From assembly GCA_963845185.1 (NCBI GenBank), contig CAWJRG010000005.1:740867-804866 (forward strand): a stretch of DNA of 64,000 bases. Direction: 5' to 3'. Source of the stretch: an uncultured bacterium (GTDB taxonomy: Bacteria; Oederibacteriota; PGYV01; CAWJRG01). Positions within the stretch are counted from its first letter, which is position 1. Each line of letters starts with the position of its first letter. Position numbers and translations under genes: made by a program. The notes beneath the pieces were generated by a model, which worked only from the letters and a program-made list of their open reading frames with translations, was not told the DNA's origin and made no database searches. Shown here piece by piece: positions 1 through 8,582 of this stretch.

Positions 1-978
1 TGCTTTTTTAAACATTTTTAACGCTTGTTTATAATCGTTCTTTCCATCCATGTAAACAATGCCGAGGCTGTTGTATGCCTCTGCATAGTTGGGGTTGATT
101 TTTAATTCCGCATTATATTCTTTAATCGCATCGTCGTATTTTTTCTTGGTTTCATAAATATACCCAATATTTTCGTGCACTATCTTGTATTCAGGATCCA
201 TTGCCAGCGCTATTTTATAATAAGCCAGCGCCTTGTCATAATCCCCTTTTTTCTGGCTCACATACCCCATGTTGTATTGCGCGTACTTGTAACTGGGGTC
301 CACTTTTGCGGCCTGCTCATAGCAGTTGAAGGCCTCGTCATTATTTCCAAGTGCTTCATTGCAAAGGCCTTTTTCGTTGTACGCTTCAAGGTATTTCGGC
401 TCGATTGCTATGGCCTTGTCATACCACTCAATGGCTTCCTTGTAATTTTTTTGCAGTTCGTTTACATACCCCATGTTGTAAAATCCAAACTTGGATTTCG
501 GCTCGACTTCGGTTGCTTTTTTGTAATAGCCCGTTGCCTTTTCATAGTCTTTCCGGCCTTCATATATCAACCCCAGCCTGTCGTATACATCGGAATGATT
601 GGGGTCTATCTCCATGGATTTGTTGTAATTTTCAATTGCCAGGTCGTCTTTTTTCATAAGGTCATAAGTATAGCCCAGGTTGTAGTAACCATCGGCATAT
701 TTCGGGTTTATTTCAATTGACTTTTTAAATGCTTCGACTGCCTTATCAAACTGGTTCAACTTATCATAAACAAGGCCCATGCTCACATAAGCGTTTGCAT
801 AATCGGGTTTGGCATTCGCGGCTTTCTGGTATTCTTCCAGCGCCTCTTTGTATTGCTGCTGGTCTTCGTATTCATAACCTTTGGACAAGTGGTCTTCGGC
901 CTCGCCTGCAAATAATCCCGTCCATGCCGTTAACAATAACATGCTTAAAATCAGTACAAACCATTTTTTACCGGCCAT
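1..978 (-). CDS. Secreted tetratricopeptide-repeat protein, 3' end runs off the window
   Basis: Not in the ORF track. Manual translation from the ATG at 978 (GGAG RBS upstream) gives MAGKKWFVLILSMLLLTAWTGLFAGEAEDHLSKGYEYEDQQQYKEALEEYQKAANAKPDYANAYVSMGLVYDKLNQFDKAVEAFKKSIEINPKYA..., i.e. a signal peptide followed by TPR units. Confidence 0.9.
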   Translation of the reverse strand, partial: MAGKKWFVLILSMLLLTAWTGLFAGEAEDHLSKGYEYEDQQQYKEALEEYQKAANAKPDYANAYVSMGLVYDKLNQFDKAVEAFKKSIEINPKYADGYYNLGYTYDLMKKDDLAIENYNKSMEIDPNHSDVYDRLGLIYEGRKDYEKATGYYKKATEVEPKSKFGFYNMGYVNELQKNYKEAIEWYDKAIAIEPKYLEAYNEKGLCNEALGNNDEAFNCYEQAAKVDPSYKYAQYNMGYVSQKKGDYDKALAYYKIALAMDPEYKIVHENIGYIYETKKKYDDAIKEYNAELKINPNYAEAYNSLGIVYMDGKNDYKQALKMFKKA

Positions 979-1012
979 TTCGTATTCTCCTTTCAAATCA
1001 TTGAAACTCAAA

Positions 1013-1561
1013 CTATTTCACAAAAGTCTTCTTCACCCTTTTTGAAACTATAAAATACGGCACCCATATGAAGCAGATGACAATTGACTGTATCACAGTT
1101 CTAATGGTTTCCATATCATTTGACTGCTGTGCTTGTACTGCAGGAATTAGGTTCGAGATAAAATAATCCAAGGTCACGAATACTGCGTTGAATATAATAA
1201 ATATGATAAAGAATATCGGGACAAATTTTTTCCTCATAAAAAAAAATACGGCTAATACTATCGAAACAATGAATAAAATTATGTTAATGCTCACTTCGGA
1301 CACAATTACAGGCTGCCAGAGAGGATGGTAGGATTCAGAACCCGGGGTTGTAATAGCCGCCCAGACACCGGGCACGGTAACATTTTTAAAAATTGAAACT
1401 AAAGCAATCCCTATGCGGAACGGAGTCAAAACTATGCCTATTGCAAGCAATATAAGCCACCCGCCGATTTTCTGCCCGTCCGGATTTTCCGCCGGGACTT
1501 CAGGAGCAATTGGCTGAATTGTCGTACTTGGTATAATTGGTGTTTCTTTGTTTTCTTCCAT
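1013..1561 (-). CDS. DUF2569/YdgK-like membrane protein
   Basis: IGGWLIL N-terminal motif, about 4 TM helices, and a C-terminal WVPYFxxSKRVKxTF motif. GGAGG RBS present. Confidence 0.8.
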   Translation of the reverse strand: MEENKETPIIPSTTIQPIAPEVPAENPDGQKIGGWLILLAIGIVLTPFRIGIALVSIFKNVTVPGVWAAITTPGSESYHPLWQPVIVSEVSINIILFIVSIVLAVFFFMRKKFVPIFFIIFIIFNAVFVTLDYFISNLIPAVQAQQSNDMETIRTVIQSIVICFIWVPYFIVSKRVKKTFVK

Positions 1562-1571
1562 GAAAGCCTCC

Positions 1572-1898
1572 TATGTCAATGTTTTTGAGACAAACCCGCA
1601 GGGTGCAGTCGAAAATTACATTGACATACACCCGTTCAAGTCTGAGGCCGTAAGGCCGAAGACAAGCGGTGTCCTATTTGCCAAGCTTACCAGCGCAGAC
1701 AAAATATTACGAAATCATGTACCCGCTCAAGTATGGACCGCAGGTCCGGACAAGCGGTACTTGATATCATTTAGTTTACTTTGTCAAGCCGTCAACAGGA
1801 GTATCATGTACTCCATGCTTCGCTGTTGACACTCCCAAAATCAAACTTTGTCAAGCCGTTCAAGTCCATAGGCCTCAAGGCCAAGGACAAGTGATACC
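1572..1898 (+). repeat. Three tandem copies of a dispersed two-hairpin element
   Basis: The core CCGYTCAAGT-hairpin-GACAAG occurs at ~1629-1671, 1719-1760 and ~1856-1898, each preceded by a separate hairpin. Confidence 0.8.
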
Positions 1899-1986
1899 AT
1901 TACAAATTTTAAATCATATTGAAATCGCGGCAATTATATCCCCTTGCAAAATAAAAAGCAAGTTTGTTTTTCCTTGAAAAGACAGT

Positions 1987-3465
1987 CTAATTAATCACGA
2001 ATATCGTGCCCTTTTTTAATATATCATCGGACTTTAACTTAATTATATAATAATACACTCCCGGCGATACCGGGCCACCGTATGAGTTCCTACCTTTCCA
2101 GTACACATCAGGAGTTTGCGCTGTCAATGAAATTACCAGCTCCGCCTATACTGTATAAATACAGATGTTTGCGCCAATAGGCAAATTGATGATTTTCAGC
2201 GCTCCTTCAAATGCTTTGCCGGGACTAAAAGGATTGGGATAAACAATAATGTCGCCGGCGGTATAAGTAGCAGTGGTTGGCGTAATCGTAGCAGTCAAAG
2301 TATTGGCATAAGCAGGTGTCCAGGTCCATGCCGGCGTCTGCGTCAAGGACGGGGTCTGGGTATTTGTCGATGTATTCGTTACCGAATCAGCCGGTGTCGA
2401 TGAATATGTCCACGTATAAGTTGGCGATAGCGTATTTGTCATTGTCACCGTAAGCGCAGGCACCGCTGTTTCAGTCATAGTTTGCGTTATTGAAGGCGTC
2501 ATTGACAAAGCCGGAGTGGGGCTGAAGCACGGGCCGAACTTTTGAATCCTGTAATTGTCCATGTCTGAAATATACACGTTGCCGCTGCTGTCCACTGCCA
2601 CTCCGGTAGGATACTCAAACTGCCCGTTGCCCATTCCTGAACCGCCCCATTGCGTTATATACGTGCCTGTACTGCTGAATTCCTGGACTCTGTTGTTATA
2701 AAGGTCTGTAACATACACGTTTCCGCTGCTGTCTGCTGCTATGCCATAAGGAGCGTTAAACTGCCCGTTGCCGCTTCCGGAACTTCCCCATTGTGTAATG
2801 TATGTGCCTGTACTGCTGAATTCTTCTATCCTGTTATTGCGTTCGTCTGTAACATATACTCCGCTGCTGTCTACTGCTACTCCATAAGGCAAGTCAAATT
2901 GCCCGTTACCTGTTCCATAAGTTCCCCATTGTGTTATATATGCGCCCGTACTGCTGAATTCCTGTACTCTGTTATTTCCCGTGTCTGCAACATATACATC
3001 CCCGCTGCTGTCCAGTGTTATTCCTTCGGGATTTTCAAACTGCCCGTTGCCGGTTCCATAAGTTCCCCATTGCGTTATATATGCATCCGTATTGCTGAAT
3101 TCTTCGATCCTGTTATTATAAAAATCTAAAACATATACATCTCCATTGTTGCTTACTGCTACTCCATCAGGGCTGTTAAATTGCCCGTTGCCGGATCCCA
3201 AAGTTCCCCATTGTGTTATATATGTGCCGCCACTGCTGAATTCCTGGATGTTGTCATTAAATTCATCTGTAACATACACATTGCCGCTGCTGTCTGCTGT
3301 TATCCCCCAGGGATATTGAAACTGGCCGTTGCCGGTTCCATTATTTCCCCATTTAAGTATGAAACAAGGGGGTGAGTCAGCCGTTGCATAGGAGCCTGTT
3401 ATCAGAATAATAAACAAAACAAACAAAAAATATTTCAATGTTTTTGCCAAACTAAATTTTCTCAT
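1987..3465 (-). pseudogene. NHL-repeat beta-propeller protein with Thr-rich linker and T9SS-CTD-like domain, in-frame TAG at 2146-2148
   Basis: Signal peptide and six NHL blades (GxGNGQFxxPxGIAxDSSGNVYV). The frame continues past the TAG as AELVISL...YWKGRNSYGGPVSPGVYYYIIKLK...KGTIFVIN*, completing the C-terminal domain. Confidence 0.75.
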
Positions 3466-3471
3466 TAATAC

Positions 3472-6400
3472 TCATTTTAATATAATAATCGTATCTGTCT
3501 TTGACCTTACCTTCACTCCGCCTTTTTCAGCAATTACCATATAATAATATGTACCCGAAGCAAGGCCGTTAAGCAAGTTACTGTCGCATGTCAAAACCAC
3601 TCCGCCTTGCACTTGTTCTACGTTCTGTCCTGTCCCATCAAATGTCTCTTCCCTTATCAGCCTGTATGCCACTGTATAAATCTTCAGCGTTATGCTGTCT
3701 ATGCCCGGCGTTAAATTAACCATTATTTTCAACTGTTCAATCACCGGGTTTATTGGGTTTGGAAATGGCATTACCGGCCCCACTGTCAGCGGCCCTGCAG
3801 GTTCCGCAGTCGGAGTACTTGTATACGCCGGCGCACATGGGCAGGTCAATGTCGTCGTAACTGTCCATATAGGCACCGGCGTGTCTGACTGCGTTGCGCT
3901 CGGCGTCATAGTTGGCGTTGCAGTTATACTTGGCGATATAGCCGGCGTATCGGTCATTGTAGAAATGGGCGGCACTGTATTTGTCAGTGTGACTGTAGGC
4001 GTAACCGAGGGTGTATCTGTAAATGACAAAGTCAATGTCGGCGTCCATGTCAATGTTGCAGTTACGCTTGCAGTGGATGTCCATGTTTGTGTTACACTCG
4101 GCGTGGCCGTAATTGTCGTTGTCGCTGAAGGAGTTATTGTCAGTGTCGGTGTAACCGTTATTGTAACGGTAGCTGTCAGCGAAGCTGTGGCAGATGTTGT
4201 CAAAAGGCTAATATCGATTGTATTCGTCTGTGTAGCCGAGGGTGTATTTGTAAACGACAATGTAATTGTCTCTGTGGCAGTCGGCGGGCACATTCCATAT
4301 TTTATTATCCTGTTATGATTCGTATCCACAACGTACGCTGCCCCGGCGCCGTCCACTGCCAATCCATTGGGATTCATAAACTGCCCGGCTCCGCCGCCGC
4401 AAACCCCAAAACGCGTTGGGCCCGCAGTGAACCTGACTATGTTGCAGTCATCCATCCCGTACAGCGCTCCGCTGTCGTCAACTGCCAGCTCAATGGGAGC
4501 AACCAAGATTGTATTATTCTCGCTTTCATAAAACCCGTCCGGATAGAATTCCTGGATCCTGAAGTTCCCGGTATCCGCGACATATACATTTCCGTTGTGG
4601 TCCACTACTATCCCCTGCGGGTTATTAAACCACCCGATTCCGCCTCCGAGGACTCCCCACTGCTTTATATAATTGCCTGATGTATCAAATTCTTCCACCC
4701 TGTCGTTTCCGTTGTCCACAACGTATATTGCGCCGCTGCTGCTTACGGCTATTCCCCAGGGATGGTTAAACTGCCCGTTTCCGGTTCCGCTACTGCCCCA
4801 CTGCGTTACATACGTACCTGCTGATGTGAACTTTTCTATCCTGTTGTTTCCGGCATCCGTGATATAAATATATCCATTATTATCAACTGCAATAGCCTGC
4901 GGGCTGCTTAACTGCCCGTTTCCGTTTCCACAGGTACCCCACTGTCCCAAATAATTGCCTGAAGTATCAAATAGCTGTATCCTGCAGTTGTTGGCATCCG
5001 CCACATATACTGTCCCGCCCGAGTCTATGGCTATCCCCTGCGGAGAGTTAAACTGCCCGTTTCCGCCTCCATAGCTCCCCCACTCCATGCTGTAACACAA
5101 AGGGTTAGGGTTAACCGTAGGCGTTATGGTTGATGTTGCGGTAAAGACCGGTGTTTGTGTAAATGTCACAGTTGGCGTATTTGTCAGCATAAACGTCGGC
5201 GTGCTTGTCTGTGTCTGCGTCAAAATTTGCGTTATCGAAGGCGTCATTGATACAGTCGGGGTAGAGCCAGCGCACGGGCCGAATTTTTGAATCCTGTTAT
5301 TATTTGAGTCCACCGCATACACATCTTCGCTGCTGTCTACTGCTAATCCCAGGGGGTTGGCAAACTGTGCGTTACCTGTCCCGTTGATGCCCCACTGTGT
5401 TATATATGTGCCTGTACTGCTGAATTCTTCTATCCTGTTATTATTCGAGTCTGAGACATACACGTTTCCGCCCGAGTCTGTTGCCAGTCCTTCGGGGCCA
5501 TTAAACTGGCCGGGACTGGTTCCTGTAGTGCCCCATTGAATTATATAAACGCCTGCATTGGTGAATTTTTGGATCCTGTTATTTATGTAGTCTGCGACAT
5601 ATACGTTCCCGCTGCTGTCCAGTGCTATTCCTTCGGGACTGATAAACTGCCCGTTGCTGGTACCAAAGCTGCCCCACTGCGTTATATATGTACCTGTACT
5701 GCTGAATTCTTCTATCCTGTCATTATTCGAGTCTGTTACATATACGTTTCCGCTGTTATTGTCCACTGCTATGTTGTAAGCCCAGTTAAACTGCCCGTTG
5801 CCTGTACCTGCGCTGCCCCACTGCGTTATATATGTGCCTGTACTTGTGAATTTTTGAACCCTTTTATTGTTCGAGTCTGCGACGTACACATTTCCGATGC
5901 TGTCCAATGCTATCCCGTAAGGATAACTAAATTGCCCGTTTCCGGTTCCGGTAGTACCCCATTGTGTCATATATGCGCCCGTGCCGGTGAATTCCTGTAT
6001 CCTGTTATTGTTTGTGTCCGCGATATATACGTTCCCGTTGCTGTCTGTTGCTGCTCCGTTTGGAAAGTAAAACTGCCCGTTGCCGGACCCGCTGCTGCCC
6101 CATTTCGTGACATAGCACGGCGTTGGACCGGATACTAAGGTAGAGGTATAAGTTGGCGTTATTGTAGATGTGCCTGTTACTGTCTGTGTTATTGTAGAAG
6201 TCACGGTAAAAGTCGCCGTTGATGTCTGCGTAAGGATCCGGGTATTGGTTGGCGTTATTGTCTGCGTTGAAGAAGGGCATAATCCGAATTTTTGAATCCT
6301 GTTATTAAACATGTCCGCAACATACACATTTCCGATGCTGTCTGACGCCATCCCTGTAGGCAGGTAAAATTTTCCGTTGCCGTTCCCGAAACCGCCCCAT

Positions 6401-8229
6401 TGTGTTATATATGTGCCCGTGCTGCTGAATTCCTGTATCCTGTCATTGTTGTAATCGGAGACATACACATTTCCGCCGGCGTCTATTGCTATTCCATATG
6501 GATTTTCAAACTGCCCCGGATTGGTTCCGGCGTTGCCCCACTGGGTGATGTATGCGCCCGAACTGCTGAATTCTTCGATTCTGTTATTCTGCATGTCTGT
6601 TACATACACGTTTCCGCTACTGTCTATTGCTATTCCAACAGGCAAATAAAACTGCCCGTTGCCGGCTCCGTAACCGCCCCATTGGGTAATATACGCGCCT
6701 GAACTGCTGAATTCCTGTATCCTGTCATTATAAGTATCTGCGACATACACGTCTGTGCTGCTGCCACTGCTGCTATTATCTACTGCTGCTCCATATGGAT
6801 ATTCAAACTGCCCGTTGCCGGCTCCGTAACCGCCCCATTGGGTAATATACGTGCCTGAACTGCTGAATTCCTGTATCCTGTGGTTATCATAATCCACAGC
6901 ATACACATTCCCGCTGCTGTTGCATACCGCCACTCCATAAGCAAATGCAAACTGCCCGTTGCCTGTCCCGGAACTTCCCCACTGTGTTATATATGTGCCT
7001 GTGCTGCTGAATTCCTGTATTCTGTTATTCTGCATTTCCGCAACATACACATCCCCGCTGCTGTCTACTGCCACGCCTCTGGGTTCGTTAAACTGCCCGT
7101 TGCCGGACCCGCTGCTGCCCCATTGGGATATATAACAAGGTGTCGGCCCGGAAATTAAAGTAGCTGTGTAAGTCGGTGTCGGCGATACCACAGGCGTATT
7201 TGTCTGCGTCGGCGTGTTTGTAATTGTCGGTGTCGTAGTACTTGTCGGCGTATTGGTTGAAGTTGAGGTCTGCGTACAATCCGGAGTAGGGGACATGTAA
7301 GGGCATACTCCAAACTTTTGGACCCTGCTGTTATTCGTATCTGAAACATATACGTCCCCGCTGCTGTCTGCTGCTATTCCGGCAGGGCGGTTAAACTGCC
7401 CGTTTCCGCTTCCTGAACTGCCCCACTGGGTTATGTAAGTGCCCGTGCTGGTGAATTCCTGGATCCTGTAATTATTCCAGTCTGTAACATAAATGTTTCC
7501 GCTGCTGTCTATTGCAATATTAGCAGGTTCGTTAAACTGCCCGTTGCCGGTTCCGAAATTACCCCATTGCGTTATATACGTGCCCGTGCTGCTGAATTCT
7601 TCAATTCTGTCATTTCCCATATCTGCAACATACACGTCCCCGCTGCTGTCTATTGCTATTCCTTCAGGATAATTAAATTGCCCGTTGCCGGTTCCGCTGC
7701 TTCCTAATTGTGTTATATAAGTGCCTGCACTGCTGAATTCTTCTACCCTGCTGTTTTGATAGTCTGAAACATACACGTTTCCGCTGCTGTTTACTGCTAT
7801 GCCCGAGGGCATGTTGAACTGGCCGTTGCCGCTTCCCGAACTGCCCCATTGGGTTATGTAAGTGCCTGTACTGCTTAATTCCTCGATTCTGCTGTTGCCG
7901 TAATCTACAATATACATGTCTCCGCTGCTGTCTATTGCTATTTCTTCAGGCAAATAAAACTGCCCGTTGCCTGTCCCGTAACTTCCCCACTGCGCTATAT
8001 ATGCGCCCGTACTGCTGAATTCCTCGATTCTGTCGTTATACGCGTCTGCAACATACACGTTCCCGCTGCTGTCCAATGCCACCCCGCTGAGTTCATTAAA
8101 CTGCCCGTTTCCGCTTCCGTTGCTTCCCCATGCAAGAATAAAGCAAGGCGGTGATGCAGCCGTTGCATGGGAACTTATTATGAAAAATGTAAATAAAAGA
8201 ACCGGAAAATATTTCAGTAATTTTTTCAA
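3472..8229 (-). CDS. Secreted protein with four NHL six-bladed beta-propellers, Thr/Pro linkers and a T9SS-CTD-like domain
   Basis: TTG start with GGAGGT RBS, signal peptide, about 24 NHL repeats, and C-terminal PFPNPINP...IYTVAYRLI...SGTYYY. Confidence 0.9.
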   Translation of the reverse strand: MKKLLKYFPVLLFTFFIISSHATAASPPCFILAWGSNGSGNGQFNELSGVALDSSGNVYVADAYNDRIEEFSSTGAYIAQWGSYGTGNGQFYLPEEIAIDSSGDMYIVDYGNSRIEELSSTGTYITQWGSSGSGNGQFNMPSGIAVNSSGNVYVSDYQNSRVEEFSSAGTYITQLGSSGTGNGQFNYPEGIAIDSSGDVYVADMGNDRIEEFSSTGTYITQWGNFGTGNGQFNEPANIAIDSSGNIYVTDWNNYRIQEFTSTGTYITQWGSSGSGNGQFNRPAGIAADSSGDVYVSDTNNSRVQKFGVCPYMSPTPDCTQTSTSTNTPTSTTTPTITNTPTQTNTPVVSPTPTYTATLISGPTPCYISQWGSSGSGNGQFNEPRGVAVDSSGDVYVAEMQNNRIQEFSSTGTYITQWGSSGTGNGQFAFAYGVAVCNSSGNVYAVDYDNHRIQEFSSSGTYITQWGGYGAGNGQFEYPYGAAVDNSSSGSSTDVYVADTYNDRIQEFSSSGAYITQWGGYGAGNGQFYLPVGIAIDSSGNVYVTDMQNNRIEEFSSSGAYITQWGNAGTNPGQFENPYGIAIDAGGNVYVSDYNNDRIQEFSSTGTYITQWGGFGNGNGKFYLPTGMASDSIGNVYVADMFNNRIQKFGLCPSSTQTITPTNTRILTQTSTATFTVTSTITQTVTGTSTITPTYTSTLVSGPTPCYVTKWGSSGSGNGQFYFPNGAATDSNGNVYIADTNNNRIQEFTGTGAYMTQWGTTGTGNGQFSYPYGIALDSIGNVYVADSNNKRVQKFTSTGTYITQWGSAGTGNGQFNWAYNIAVDNNSGNVYVTDSNNDRIEEFSSTGTYITQWGSFGTSNGQFISPEGIALDSSGNVYVADYINNRIQKFTNAGVYIIQWGTTGTSPGQFNGPEGLATDSGGNVYVSDSNNNRIEEFSSTGTYITQWGINGTGNAQFANPLGLAVDSSEDVYAVDSNNNRIQKFGPCAGSTPTVSMTPSITQILTQTQTSTPTFMLTNTPTVTFTQTPVFTATSTITPTVNPNPLCYSMEWGSYGGGNGQFNSPQGIAIDSGGTVYVADANNCRIQLFDTSGNYLGQWGTCGNGNGQLSSPQAIAVDNNGYIYITDAGNNRIEKFTSAGTYVTQWGSSGTGNGQFNHPWGIAVSSSGAIYVVDNGNDRVEEFDTSGNYIKQWGVLGGGIGWFNNPQGIVVDHNGNVYVADTGNFRIQEFYPDGFYESENNTILVAPIELAVDDSGALYGMDDCNIVRFTAGPTRFGVCGGGAGQFMNPNGLAVDGAGAAYVVDTNHNRIIKYGMCPPTATETITLSFTNTPSATQTNTIDISLLTTSATASLTATVTITVTPTLTITPSATTTITATPSVTQTWTSTASVTATLTWTPTLTLSFTDTPSVTPTVTLTNTVPPISTMTDTPAISPSITATPTMTPSATQSDTPVPIWTVTTTLTCPCAPAYTSTPTAEPAGPLTVGPVMPFPNPINPVIEQLKIMVNLTPGIDSITLKIYTVAYRLIREETFDGTGQNVEQVQGGVVLTCDSNLLNGLASGTYYYMVIAEKGGVKVRSKTDTIIILK

Positions 8230-8393
8230 TTTAAATACCTCCGTTTGTATTTGTATTAAAAATCTTTGTGCTAAATCACGAATTATGCATTAGACGTATT
8301 AATTATAATTTAGTTTACCGCGCAATTGCAGCTTTCAATTTATCTTTTAAACCGCCTATATCTGTGCCAAATTAAATTTTCTCCCTTGATTTC

Positions 8394-8545
8394 GTTTATT
8401 TTGCCAAGCCGTCAACAGTCGCATCATGTACTCCATGCTTCTCATGGACATGTCAGAGTAATGATTCTGCTTCGCTGTTGACGCTCTCAAAATCAAACTC
8501 TGTCAAGCCGCTCAAGTCCAGGCCGCAGGTCCGGACAAACGGTAT
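8394..8545 (+). repeat. Two-hairpin element copy, near-duplicate of 1773-1898
   Basis: TTGCCAAGCCGTCAACAG...CGCTGTTGAC...CAAAATCAAACT...CCGCTCAAGTCC...GGACAAACGGTA. Confidence 0.85.
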
Positions 8546-8582
8546 TTTCAGTTTTCAACTCCCAATTAACTGCTTCAATACA

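Noticed and set aside
175..1004. + strand ORFs 175..720, 351..659 and 729..1004
   Set aside because: These are antisense shadows of the minus-strand TPR gene that runs off the window edge.
1572..1898. CRISPR array or integron attC array
   Set aside because: Repeat and spacer lengths are not constant, there are no RYYYAAC/GTTRRRY ends, no cas or intI gene is present, and copies also sit inside housekeeping operons.
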